DNA of 64,000 nt, from NCBI GenBank assembly GCA_964610325.1, contig CAZSVO010000002.1:204475-268474 (forward strand), read 5' to 3'. The notes under the pieces are model-generated. The model did not search any database and was not told where the DNA came from. It saw only the letters and a program-made list of their open reading frames with translations. How positions within the stretch are numbered: the stretch's first letter is position 1; each line of letters starts with the position of its first letter. This stretch comes from an uncultured Candidatus Izemoplasmatales bacterium. GTDB lineage: Bacteria; Bacillota_I; Bacilli_A; Izemoplasmatales; Hujiaoplasmataceae. Both the position numbers and the translations under genes were made by a program. This document shows positions 9,045-18,665 of the stretch, piece after piece.

Positions 9045-10496
9045 TTATACATTATAAGTTGAAGAAGAAGTTTTTCCTCCTCTTCCCGTCCAATTTGTGT
9101 GGTAAAACTCACCTTCTTGACAATCAATTCTCTCATAAGTGTGTGCACCAAAATAATCCCTTTGAGCTTGGATTAAGTTAGCTGGTGAAGTATCACTTGT
9201 ATATCCGTGGAAATATGATAGTGCAGAGGAAAGCGCAGGAATTGCAATTCCACTTAATGATGCATGCGCACATACTCTTTGCCAACCAGGCAAAATCTCT
9301 TGGATTGTCTTTTTAAAGTAATCATCAAGAAGAAGATTCTCTAATGCTTTATTTCTAGTATAAGCATCTTTTATCTCGTTCAAAAATTTTGAACGGATTA
9401 TACATCCGCCTCGCCAAATCTCGGCTATTTTTCCATAGTCTAGATTCCAGTTATAGTTATTAGCTGCTGCTCTTAATAAGGAATAACCTTGAGCATAAGA
9501 AATTATTTTTGAAGCATATAATGCATCATGTAAATCATTAAGAAACTCAACTTTGTTTCCATCAAATTTTTTAATATCTCGATTATAAAATTTCGATGCT
9601 TTAACTCTCTCTGCTTTAATAGCAGATAAGAATCTTGCATAAACTGCTTCAGTTATTAATGTTAGAGGAATATTCTCTTCTAAAGAAGCAATCCCTGTCC
9701 ATTTCCCTGTGCCTTTCTGGCCAGCTTTATCTAAAATCTTTTCAAGCAAAGGATTGCCGTCTTCATCTAGAAAACCGATAATATCAGCGGTTATCTCAAT
9801 AAGGTAACTCTCTAATTTGCCTTTATTCCAGTTAGAAAAAGTTGTCTTTATTTCTTCAAAATTCATACCAAGAGATTTTTTCATCAAAAAGTAAGTCTCT
9901 GCAATAATCTGCATATCACCATATTCTATTCCATTATGAATCATCTTCACATAATGGCCTGCACCATCGCTTCCAATCCAATCACAACAAGGTTCATTAT
10001 CAACTTTTGCAGAAATTGATTGCAGGATATCTTTTACCTTTGGCCAAGCTGAGATAGAACCTCCAGGCATTACTGAAGGACCATTCAAAGCACCTTCCTC
10101 ACCGCCAGAAACTCCTGTTCCGATAAAAAGAAAACCCTTATTCTTGAGATATTTTGTTCTATTTATTGTATCAATGTAATTGGAATTTCCTCCATCAATA
10201 ATTATATCACCTTGATCTAGATAAGGTAGTAATGCTTCTATGACATCATCTACAGGAGAACCTGCTTTTATCATCATCATAATCTTTCTAGGTTTAGAAA
10301 GACTATTAACTAAGGTTTTGATGTCATAAACTCCTTGTAAATTACTACTTCCATATTTGTCAATTACACGATTTACATCTAACTCAAAACGATCATAAAC
10401 AATTACTTTAAAACCTTTTGAGGATATATTCCTTGCGAGATTCTCACCCATTACAGCAAGACCTATTAAGCCAATGTCACCAAGATTTGTAGTCAT
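9045..10496 (-). CDS. gnd: 6-phosphogluconate dehydrogenase (decarboxylating)
   Basis: 483 aa. N-terminal NADP-binding motif IGLIGLAVMGENLARN. Typical 6PGDH C-terminal domain (GIEYGDMQIIAE; RGGCIIRS). Confidence 0.9.
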   Translation of the reverse strand: MTTNLGDIGLIGLAVMGENLARNISSKGFKVIVYDRFELDVNRVIDKYGSSNLQGVYDIKTLVNSLSKPRKIMMMIKAGSPVDDVIEALLPYLDQGDIIIDGGNSNYIDTINRTKYLKNKGFLFIGTGVSGGEEGALNGPSVMPGGSISAWPKVKDILQSISAKVDNEPCCDWIGSDGAGHYVKMIHNGIEYGDMQIIAETYFLMKKSLGMNFEEIKTTFSNWNKGKLESYLIEITADIIGFLDEDGNPLLEKILDKAGQKGTGKWTGIASLEENIPLTLITEAVYARFLSAIKAERVKASKFYNRDIKKFDGNKVEFLNDLHDALYASKIISYAQGYSLLRAAANNYNWNLDYGKIAEIWRGGCIIRSKFLNEIKDAYTRNKALENLLLDDYFKKTIQEILPGWQRVCAHASLSGIAIPALSSALSYFHGYTSDTSPANLIQAQRDYFGAHTYERIDCQEGEFYHTNWTGRGGKTSSSTYNV

Positions 10497-10502
10497 AGTT
10501 TT

Positions 10503-11576
10503 TCACCTCTTTACTCTAGCGTTTCCTTGATATATACTCCATATTTGTTCTTCATCAGCTACTAAACCATAGTCATCTAACAAAGTAACTACATAAGCAC
10601 CACATGCCCAAGCGAACTGCAAACACGATGTGCTATCGAATCCTTTTAGCAGACTATAAAGAAAACCACCGACAAATCCATCGCCTCCACCTATTCTATC
10701 AAGTACTTGAATTGGTCTTGGTAAGACAACTTGCCATTCTTCATCAATTAATGCAACTGCTCCCCAAAGATGTTCATTAGCATTATTGACTTCTCTTAAG
10801 GTAGTAGCAAAACACTTGGTATTTGGATATATAGCTTTTGCATTATTGATTAATGTCTTAAAACTATCGATTTCATCAGAAATGTTTTTACCCCCAGCTT
10901 CTGGACCGGGAATGTTTAATGCTAATTGGAAGTCTTCTTCATTGCCAATTAGTATATCTGATACTTCAGCAATACTCTTGAAAACATTCTCAAGTTCATC
11001 TCTTCGGTTTTTCCAAAATGAAGCTCGATAATTTAAATCAAAAGAAACTTTAGTCCCTGAAGTTTTAGCTTTTTTAGCTAACTCTACACAAAATTTTGCA
11101 GAATTTTCAGATAATGATGCTATCAAACCAGAAATATGAATCAATTTTACCCCATCTTCAAGAAATAACTTGGTTAAGTTAAAGTCTTTGGTATTCAGTG
11201 TTTTTCCGACTTCTCCTGAACGATCATTATGTACTCTTGGTCCTCTTAAACCATAACCACTATCGGCGATATTAAACTGATGTCGATAGCCCCATGGCCC
11301 GCCTTGTTCAACTTCTATTCCTTCAAACTCAATATTTCTGAACATAAGATCGTTTTTTATGAACTTCGCTATAGGACTATCTTTGACAAAAGTGGTTAAT
11401 ACTTTTGTTCTCATACCTAAACTAGCAGCTATACTCAAAACGTTTGATTCTGCACTGGTTGCTTGCAAGCGATAATCTCTTGCTAAATGAACTGGTTGTC
11501 TATCGTGAGGAGTAAGTCTAACCCCCATACTAGTTGGTACTACTAAAGAATATAATGCATTTTCTTTAAATTTCAT
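10503..11576 (-). CDS. PfkB-family sugar/sugar-acid kinase (candidate gluconate or KDG kinase)
   Basis: 357 aa. PfkB C-terminal motif GGGDGFVGGFL. A second PfkB kinase besides kdgK, adjacent to gnd. Confidence 0.65.
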   Translation of the reverse strand: MKFKENALYSLVVPTSMGVRLTPHDRQPVHLARDYRLQATSAESNVLSIAASLGMRTKVLTTFVKDSPIAKFIKNDLMFRNIEFEGIEVEQGGPWGYRHQFNIADSGYGLRGPRVHNDRSGEVGKTLNTKDFNLTKLFLEDGVKLIHISGLIASLSENSAKFCVELAKKAKTSGTKVSFDLNYRASFWKNRRDELENVFKSIAEVSDILIGNEEDFQLALNIPGPEAGGKNISDEIDSFKTLINNAKAIYPNTKCFATTLREVNNANEHLWGAVALIDEEWQVVLPRPIQVLDRIGGGDGFVGGFLYSLLKGFDSTSCLQFAWACGAYVVTLLDDYGLVADEEQIWSIYQGNARVKR

Positions 11577-11588
11577 AAAACCCTCCTT

Positions 11589-13070
11589 TTAATTGAAGCC
11601 TTTATATAGCAAAGCAAGATGATTTCCAATGTGTTTTGATAACTCATCAGCATACAATTTTTCTTCTTTTTTCCATAGTTTGTACAACTCAGTTTTAAAA
11701 AGATATTTACCACTCTCATCTTTTTCATTTAGAATATATCCATAAGTAATGTGTATAAGTTGCCTTGCGTCATTATTCTTAAACAAATCAACTAAGCATT
11801 CATCAGCTATCAAATCCACATCAGGAATCTTATTTATGTCAGTAGTGACATGATAAAACTTTGTAGCATCATTAAATTTAGATAGCGCATATTTATGAAT
11901 TCTTCGATACATATTAGGATTGCATATAGAAACAACTTTCATAGCTTCTAGCCAGTTTGTTCCAGCGGTTTTTACATGAAAATGACCTTTTGTATATTTT
12001 CCAATGAGTTCAAAAATTGAAAATTTATCAGAACCAGAGTGAATGCTCAATTTGTACCCAAAATGCCTTGCGATTGCTGCATGTAATTTTAGTTCATTTT
12101 CAAATTGAAACAAATCGCCGATGTAATCAATGCCTTTCTGAAATTCTCCGCAAAACCTTGGTGCAATAGTGTCTATTTTGACGCCGGCAAGAAGCAACTC
12201 ATTTGCTACAAAATAGTGTTCTAGAGCTGTTGTTGGTGTGGAAGTTTCATCAATAGATATTTCAAAACCAACTTTAGTTTTGCTTTTGCTTATATATTTA
12301 TCATAAATCTTCTTTGAATAATCAATCGCATTTTGGTAAACTAACATGGCTCTTCTCAAATCTAACTCAGTAAATTTTAACTCAATACCTTCGATGATAA
12401 TCTCCTTATTAAGGTATTTACCAATCAATGAACTGTTGATGTTAGTAAGTCTAATTATCTGTTCTACAGACATGTTTAATACATCATCTCTAATATGCTC
12501 ACTACAATCTAAGGTAATCATAGTGAAGCCTAATGATAAAGCATATTCAATATCACTAGCCGTCTTTAGGTGATCACCATCAGCCCCGAAGCCTTTTTTA
12601 TAACCTTCGCGAAAAACAGAGAAAGAAGCTTTATCCAAAACATCTTCATAACTCCTGTTTGTCATGTTTAGTTCCCTAATCGATTGCTGAGCTAGTACTG
12701 GGTAACAATCATAGTTATTAATAATTTGCAAATGTCCTTTACCGGCTATACCAAGACGATCTCCTAAACCAAAACTGCGTGGTTTATCAAGAACAGATAT
12801 GGGTTTAGTAAAGGGGAAAAGCAATCTTAATGCATTTGCGTTAGCATGAGTTAGGGGAGCTATTTTGTATGATAAACCATCATCAACAAAAGATTCTCCT
12901 TCAAATTCATTTTGGATTCTACCAGAAACTAGCAGTTTATCCTGGTTTTCTTGAACAAATAAAAATACCCAAGAATCTTGAAAAGGATTTATAGAAGCTT
13001 TATAGATGTTCAAAGTTTCATAACCTTTTGTCTCGGGGAGTTGTTTGATAAAGTCTTTAAAGGATATCAT
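11589..13070 (-). CDS. Tagaturonate/fructuronate epimerase-like protein (UxaE-like TIM barrel)
   Basis: 493 aa. No Rossmann motif, so not UxaB. No UxaC or UxaA signatures. Size and context fit the UxaE family. Strong RBS GGAGGTAAGGA. Call made by context and recollection, not alignment. Confidence 0.4.
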   Translation of the reverse strand: MISFKDFIKQLPETKGYETLNIYKASINPFQDSWVFLFVQENQDKLLVSGRIQNEFEGESFVDDGLSYKIAPLTHANANALRLLFPFTKPISVLDKPRSFGLGDRLGIAGKGHLQIINNYDCYPVLAQQSIRELNMTNRSYEDVLDKASFSVFREGYKKGFGADGDHLKTASDIEYALSLGFTMITLDCSEHIRDDVLNMSVEQIIRLTNINSSLIGKYLNKEIIIEGIELKFTELDLRRAMLVYQNAIDYSKKIYDKYISKSKTKVGFEISIDETSTPTTALEHYFVANELLLAGVKIDTIAPRFCGEFQKGIDYIGDLFQFENELKLHAAIARHFGYKLSIHSGSDKFSIFELIGKYTKGHFHVKTAGTNWLEAMKVVSICNPNMYRRIHKYALSKFNDATKFYHVTTDINKIPDVDLIADECLVDLFKNNDARQLIHITYGYILNEKDESGKYLFKTELYKLWKKEEKLYADELSKHIGNHLALLYKGFN

Positions 13071-13120
13071 TCCTTACCTCCATATTACCGTATATAAATA
13101 CGGACACCGTTTATTAGAAT

Positions 13121-13150
13121 ATTATATCATTATTTTGTTCTTGTTGTCAA
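13121..13150 (-). promoter_or_regulatory. Sigma-A-type promoter for the uxaE-like/kinase/gnd/SDR/larA-like operon
   Basis: On the minus strand: TTGACA, 18-nt spacer, TGaTATAAT (extended -10). About 45 nt upstream of the start codon. Confidence 0.55.
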
Positions 13151-13173
13151 TCCATTGAATTAAATTCAAAAAT

Positions 13174-13193
13174 TAATCATATTAATATGATTA
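13174..13193. promoter_or_regulatory. Perfect 20-bp palindrome TAATCATATTAATATGATTA, candidate operator in the divergent promoter region
   Basis: Exact reverse-complement symmetry. Lies between the -35 elements of the divergent uxaE-like and GH105 promoters. Confidence 0.6.
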
Positions 13194-13226
13194 GTTTTTT
13201 ACGCTTTTATTCTGTCGGATTATTGA

Positions 13227-13255
13227 TTGACATAAAAAAATTATTTTGTTAATAT
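13227..13255 (+). promoter_or_regulatory. Sigma-A-type promoter for the GH105 gene
   Basis: TTGACA (13227-32), 17-nt spacer, TGtTAATAT extended -10 (13250-55). Confidence 0.45.
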
Positions 13256-13300
13256 TACAAATAAGAAAAGTAATAATTCATGTTTGTAAAGGAGTGAGTA

Positions 13301-14395
13301 TTGTTGAAGATTTTTTTAGATAGATTTATTAGTCAAATCATTGATGAGTTTAATCCTTATCATCCCAATAAGAGGCTGACATATGAAGATGGATTGTATT
13401 TGATTTTATTATTGAAATATTACCAATTAAGAAAAGATGAAAAAGCATTGAGCTATCTTCTTAATTATCTCGATGCATACATTGATGAGGTCGGGGATAT
13501 TAAAGATTATCAATTAGCAGAATACAATATTGATAATATATTAGCAGGTAATGTGCTATTTTTTGCAAATGATTTGACCAAAAACAAGAAGTATGAACAT
13601 GCAATAAATAATTTAGTAAATCAGATTAAACATCAACCAAGAACCAGAACAGGCAATTTTTGGCATAAACTAAGATACCCATATCAGATATGGTTGGATG
13701 GTATATATATGGGTCAAGTTTTTTACTTGAGATATGCAATTTATAATAATAAAACAGAGTTATTGTCTGATATTATGAATCAAGTGATGAATGCAGATAA
13801 GCTATTGTGGGATCAAGATAGAATGCTTCACCTCCATGCTTATGATGAGACAAAGATTATGCAGTGGGCAGATAAAGAGTCTGGACGTTCACCTAATGTT
13901 TGGAGTAGATCAGTTGGATGGTTTGCTATGGCATTGGTCGATATTTATGAGCTCCTAGGAAATAATTATGAATCTGAGAGAAAGAATATAAAAGATATCT
14001 TGACAAGAATGATTGAAGGATTGAGACCTCATTTAGACAAAGAAATTAAAATGATTTATCAAATTATTGATAAACCTAGTTTGAACGGTAATTATCCTGA
14101 GACTAGCGGAAGTGCGATGATTGCTTATGCATTGATTAAAGGCTATAGATTAAAACTTCTAGATATAGATTATTTAATCTTGGGTAAGGAGATTATCAAA
14201 GAGATTGATAGATTATACCTAAAAGAAAAACAAGGTCGATTTTTTTTAGGAGGTATATGTAAAGTTGCTGGGCTAGACAATGATTTAAGAGATGGCAGTG
14301 AGGGTTATTATCTATCTGAGCCAGTTGTGGATAATGAGATCAAGGGAGTTGCTCCTTACCTTTATGCTTTGATTGAGTTAGCTCTATTACAGTAA
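13301..14395 (+). CDS. Unsaturated rhamnogalacturonyl/glucuronyl hydrolase (GH105/GH88 family, (alpha/alpha)6 barrel)
   Basis: 364 aa. TTG start with RBS AAGGAG. Size and sequence character of YteR/YesR-like hydrolases. Pectin context. Confidence 0.6.
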   Translation: MLKIFLDRFISQIIDEFNPYHPNKRLTYEDGLYLILLLKYYQLRKDEKALSYLLNYLDAYIDEVGDIKDYQLAEYNIDNILAGNVLFFANDLTKNKKYEHAINNLVNQIKHQPRTRTGNFWHKLRYPYQIWLDGIYMGQVFYLRYAIYNNKTELLSDIMNQVMNADKLLWDQDRMLHLHAYDETKIMQWADKESGRSPNVWSRSVGWFAMALVDIYELLGNNYESERKNIKDILTRMIEGLRPHLDKEIKMIYQIIDKPSLNGNYPETSGSAMIAYALIKGYRLKLLDIDYLILGKEIIKEIDRLYLKEKQGRFFLGGICKVAGLDNDLRDGSEGYYLSEPVVDNEIKGVAPYLYALIELALLQ

Positions 14396-14421
14396 TAATT
14401 AAGAAAATAATTCTAAAATAT

Positions 14422-14458
14422 AACGCTACTAGATAATTAGAAAGAGTAGCGTTTTTTA
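14422..14458 (+). terminator. Rho-independent terminator after GH105
   Basis: aacgctact-(15 nt)-agtagcgtt followed by TTTTTT. Confidence 0.65.
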
Positions 14459-14497
14459 TATGGGAGAAAGAAAAAAAAGTGAAAATCTATGTAAGCG

Positions 14498-14526
14498 TTG
14501 ACATTTCTTTTGAGATATTATATAAT
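14498..14526 (+). promoter_or_regulatory. Consensus sigma-A promoter for the ABC transporter operon
   Basis: TTGACA, exactly 17 nt, TATAAT. Confidence 0.65.
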
Positions 14527-14599
14527 TATATTATAAACGGTGTACGTATATATAGACGATATACCATTTGTTAAATTATTTTGTTTGCGGAGTCTAAAT

Positions 14600-15937
14600 A
14601 TGAAGAAGATAAATATTATAGTGATGTTTTTATTTTTAATTTTGGTTTTTATTGGATGTTCCAATAATGAATCAACAAAAACATTAACTGATCAAGAAAC
14701 CATAAGTTTTTCTTGGTGGGGAACAACTGATCGAAATATAGCTACATTTAAAGCTATAGAACTTTTTGAAGAGATGTATCCTCAGTATACGGTCATTGCT
14801 GATCAGTCATCTTGGGATGGTTATCAAACCTCACTATACAATAAACTTGAAAGAGGTAGAGAATCTGATATATTTCAAGTAAATTACAACTGGTTATATT
14901 CTATGGACGGTGAGTACTACTTTATGGATTTAAATGATTTGGAGTTTGATTTCTCGAATTGGCCAGAAGATGAACACCGACCTTTAACAATTAATGAAAA
15001 AGTACTTGGGTTGTCTTTGTCTGAAACAGGATATGTTTTTTACTTGAATTGGAAAGTATATGAAGATGCTGGAATTGAATCTGTTCCCGAAACATGGGAG
15101 GAGTTAATTGTAGCTGGACAAAGAATCGGACAACAAAGCAATGGTACTAAATACGCATTGGGAAGACTGGATGCACAACAGGTTGCTATTTTGATGTTTA
15201 GTTGGTTAGCTCAAATTTATGGAAAGAATATTATTAGTGATGAATTTAAACTTAATTATACAAGAGAAGAATTAGCGGAAGGATTTGCTTTTATCAATAC
15301 GCTTAGAAGCAATAATGTATTAATTTCATCAAATTCCTTTGATACACATACAGTCGGACCTACAAATCCTAATTGGGTAACTTATCAAAATTATGGTGGG
15401 ATATTACAGTGGAATACAGCTGTATCAGAGTATGAGAATGAATTACCTAATACAGCCAATCTAATAACAGCAGGAATGTTTCAGCAAAACAAAGGTGAAA
15501 AATTAGGAATATACAAAAAGGTATCGATGGCTCTTTCTGTATCAAAGCGAGTAGATGAATCCGAATCAAAAAAGCTAGCAGTGAAAACATTTTTAGAGTT
15601 TATGGTAAGCAATGAAGAAGCAATCATCGCGTTAGGGGTTGATAGAGGTGTGCCAAACAATGAATTGGCATATAATGTCTTAAGAGAATCAACTAATCCT
15701 GTTTTTACAGATACTTTTGAATGGCAAGGACATAGGATTGTTCAAGAGTATTATAATAATCAGGTTTCTTTACAACAAGACCTATATATTCATCCTTACT
15801 ATGAGCATGATGTATTTAGAAGAATCTATGAAATTCCAATTGAAAAATTTTTATTCAATACTTATACAGCTAATCAAGCTATAAATGATATAATCAATAA
15901 CTTTGATTCTACGCTTGAATCAGTAACAAGGAGATAA
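14600..15937 (+). CDS. ABC transporter substrate-binding lipoprotein (family 1 SBP, LplA-like; oligogalacturonide/sugar)
   Basis: Start revised to MKKINIIV (ATG 14600, RBS GGAG). Lipobox LVFIGC-S. SBP family 1 size and features. Confidence 0.75.
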   Translation: MKKINIIVMFLFLILVFIGCSNNESTKTLTDQETISFSWWGTTDRNIATFKAIELFEEMYPQYTVIADQSSWDGYQTSLYNKLERGRESDIFQVNYNWLYSMDGEYYFMDLNDLEFDFSNWPEDEHRPLTINEKVLGLSLSETGYVFYLNWKVYEDAGIESVPETWEELIVAGQRIGQQSNGTKYALGRLDAQQVAILMFSWLAQIYGKNIISDEFKLNYTREELAEGFAFINTLRSNNVLISSNSFDTHTVGPTNPNWVTYQNYGGILQWNTAVSEYENELPNTANLITAGMFQQNKGEKLGIYKKVSMALSVSKRVDESESKKLAVKTFLEFMVSNEEAIIALGVDRGVPNNELAYNVLRESTNPVFTDTFEWQGHRIVQEYYNNQVSLQQDLYIHPYYEHDVFRRIYEIPIEKFLFNTYTANQAINDIINNFDSTLESVTRR

Positions 15938-15945
15938 GGTATTTT

Positions 15946-16830
15946 ATGGTCGGTGAAAAGAAGTATTTACCTTATTTACTTTTAATACCTTGGCTAATAG
16001 GTTTTTTAGTTTTTAAGTTATATCCTTTTATTAATTCTTTTTATTTGAGTTTATTTGAGAAATTATCTCCACGTGAATCAGAATTTATTGGGTTTGATAA
16101 TTATAGAAAACTATTTATGCGTTCTGATTTTTTTGGTGGACAATTCATTAACTCCATGAAAGTTACATTTAATTATGTATTTTTTACAGTACCTTTGATT
16201 TTAATTGTTTCTTTGTTGGTAGCTTATGTACTGAGTAAAAAAATCAAAGGAATAGGGTTTTTTAGAACTGCTTTTTACGTTCCTACAGTTTTGGGAGCGA
16301 ATGTAGCTGTAGTTTTATTGTGGAGAGAATTGTTTGAGTCATATGGTTTGATAAATCAAGGTTTAGCTTTGCTAGGAATGAAACAGATTAACTGGTTCGG
16401 CTCAAGTGCTGGAGCAATGACTTCGATTATTGCTCTTAGGGTATGGCAGTTTGGATCTACAATGCTGATATTTTTAGCAGCATTGAAGAACATTTCACCA
16501 TCACTTTATGAAGCGGCAGAAATTGATGGTGCTTCAAAAATAAGGCAATTTAGAGTAATAACAATACCAATGTTGACACCAGTAATTCTTTTCAATGGTG
16601 TTATGCGTTTAGTTGAGACATTTCAAACCTTCACTTCAGCAAAGTTAATTACAAACGGTGGCCCTCTTGATTCGACAAGAGTAATTAATCTGTTAATTTA
16701 TCAGGTAGCTTTTGAAAATCGAAATTTCAACCTTGGCAGCGCGATGTCATGGATTTTGTTTGTTGTTATTATGCTATTTACTATTCTAATTTTTAGAAGT
16801 TCTAAATACTGGGTTTATTATCAAGATTAG
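15946..16830 (+). CDS. Carbohydrate ABC transporter permease (MalF/LplB-like)
   Basis: Six TM segments. EAA loop EAAEIDGASKIRQFRVITIPM. Confidence 0.85.
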   Translation: MVGEKKYLPYLLLIPWLIGFLVFKLYPFINSFYLSLFEKLSPRESEFIGFDNYRKLFMRSDFFGGQFINSMKVTFNYVFFTVPLILIVSLLVAYVLSKKIKGIGFFRTAFYVPTVLGANVAVVLLWRELFESYGLINQGLALLGMKQINWFGSSAGAMTSIIALRVWQFGSTMLIFLAALKNISPSLYEAAEIDGASKIRQFRVITIPMLTPVILFNGVMRLVETFQTFTSAKLITNGGPLDSTRVINLLIYQVAFENRNFNLGSAMSWILFVVIMLFTILIFRSSKYWVYYQD

Positions 16831-16831
16831 T

Positions 16832-17746
16832 ATGAATAGTTATAAAATAAATTCAATTTTACGAAGAAATCGCGCCAAACGTAAAATAATCAAAACAGTT
16901 CAATATATTTTAATCTCATCAGTAAGTTTTTTTATGCTCTATCCTCTATTATGGTTAATCGGCGCATCATTTAATGATGGGCTTATGACGAATTTCTCCT
17001 TCATTCCCGTAGAATTCACTATCCAGGGGTGGCTAGATGGCTTTAAAGCTCCTGGATGGGGGAGTGTGGAAGGTTATTCGATATTAAGAGCTTTGTGGAA
17101 TACGATGCAATATGTAATTCCTAAAACAATAATTACTACTTTTTCAACTCTTTTAGTTGCTTTTGTTGTAGCGCGTATGCATTTTAAAGGAAAGAAGATT
17201 GTTTTTGCTTTAATTATCGGTACTCTCTTAATGCCAGTAACGATATTTAGGATTCCTTTATTTATCTTTTGGACTTCAGAGATTATTTCTCCTTTATGGG
17301 AAGGTAGCAAATTACCGTTTATGCCATATCTACCTTTATGGGGAGGCGCTTTTTTTGCTTTAGATTCATTTTCTATTTTCATGTTTATCCAATTTTTCCG
17401 CTCGATCCCTAGAGATTTAGATGAAGCGGCATATATAGATGGAGCAAGTAAATTTCAGTTATTACATCATGTTTTAATGCCGATGATACTTCCTGCAGTA
17501 GTTACGGTAGCTTTGTTGCAGTTTATAGCAACTTACAATGATTACCAAGGCCCCTTGATTTATAGAGGTGATGTAGATACATATCCTCTTACATTAGTTT
17601 TGCCAATGCTAGGAAAGGATTCAACTAACACATACGCACATGTCTTTACTAGATCAATTATTGCAGTGATTATACCCTTAACATTTTTCTTTGTTGCTCA
17701 AAAATTTTTTATTGGCAATGATGTTGAATCGGGGATTAAAGGATAA
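16832..17746 (+). CDS. Carbohydrate ABC transporter permease (MalG/LplC-like)
   Basis: EAA loop EAAYIDGASKFQLLHHVLMPM. Six TM segments. Confidence 0.85.
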   Translation: MNSYKINSILRRNRAKRKIIKTVQYILISSVSFFMLYPLLWLIGASFNDGLMTNFSFIPVEFTIQGWLDGFKAPGWGSVEGYSILRALWNTMQYVIPKTIITTFSTLLVAFVVARMHFKGKKIVFALIIGTLLMPVTIFRIPLFIFWTSEIISPLWEGSKLPFMPYLPLWGGAFFALDSFSIFMFIQFFRSIPRDLDEAAYIDGASKFQLLHHVLMPMILPAVVTVALLQFIATYNDYQGPLIYRGDVDTYPLTLVLPMLGKDSTNTYAHVFTRSIIAVIIPLTFFFVAQKFFIGNDVESGIKG

Positions 17747-17756
17747 GGAGAGTTTT

Positions 17757-18665
17757 ATGAAAAAATACCTTTTATTATTTGTATCATCGATAGTTGTTTT
17801 TTTGTTTGGTTGTGTAATGAACACTACAATAACAATGACTTCAACAGTCAATTCGACTACTTTATATACTGGAGATTTAAGCAATTATGAAGAATCTCCA
17901 TGCAAAAACAATCCTCTATCTAGTGATTGTTATATACCTTCAGGAGATTTAGATTTCATAACTCCAAATCCAATAGAATATACTATTTTAGAGGATTTTA
18001 ATAACGAGGTATTGAATCAACAACCTATGAATTGGTTGCTATTTTCAAATTCAGAATACAAAAGAAATGGAGTTTATGCAAAGGTAATAGATGATGGTTT
18101 TAACAAATATGTTGAAATGTTTAGTGATGGGCTACAAAGACCTCTCTATCCACAAAGCGCTCCGAATCCAACATTTATATTTTCAACGAAGTTTAATTTA
18201 GACCTAGCTAGAAGTGGAATTGCTTATGCAGATGTTATGATTCCTTCTGAAAATGGTAATTCTGTTTCAGTAGGTGTTTCGACAGGGGCTGTTAATGTCA
18301 TTTCTATTATTATAGATACTGATTTATCATTGTTGGTCAAAGTTGGAGGGCCTTTCTTTTACTATTCACAAAATGGAGACGGAGGAATATATCATTTAAC
18401 AGAAATAAAATTAGAAAGAGATGCTTGGTATAGTTTCAGATTTGATTGGGATGCAAACACCGATTTTATTTCTGCTGCACTAGTTATTGAAGATGAGATT
18501 ATACCGCTTTATTCTGGAAAATTTCATGTTAGTAACAGATTTAATGGTCAACAAAACGGCCAAATTTATGTTCCTAATGTTCTCAAGGTGACAATGCCTT
18601 ATGGTAGAAGCGGAATTGCGTATTTAGATAATGTTATTGTTGAGAGGAGAACTGAACAATCATGA
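17757..18665 (+). CDS. Lipoprotein of unknown function with a ConA/LamG-like beta-sandwich-type C-terminal region
   Basis: Start revised to MKKYLLLF (RBS AAGGAG). Lipobox LFGC. Shares a diverged motif with the N-terminal region of the giant surface protein: ERDAWYSFRFDWD... versus LDTWYTIRLEVNF... Confidence 0.5.
   Translation: MKKYLLLFVSSIVVFLFGCVMNTTITMTSTVNSTTLYTGDLSNYEESPCKNNPLSSDCYIPSGDLDFITPNPIEYTILEDFNNEVLNQQPMNWLLFSNSEYKRNGVYAKVIDDGFNKYVEMFSDGLQRPLYPQSAPNPTFIFSTKFNLDLARSGIAYADVMIPSENGNSVSVGVSTGAVNVISIIIDTDLSLLVKVGGPFFYYSQNGDGGIYHLTEIKLERDAWYSFRFDWDANTDFISAALVIEDEIIPLYSGKFHVSNRFNGQQNGQIYVPNVLKVTMPYGRSGIAYLDNVIVERRTEQS

Noticed and set aside
9029-9151. N-terminal 41-codon extension of the SDR gene overlapping gnd
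   Set aside because: It overlaps the gnd 3' end by 107 nt. The internal Met gives the standard SDR N-terminus directly before the Rossmann motif.
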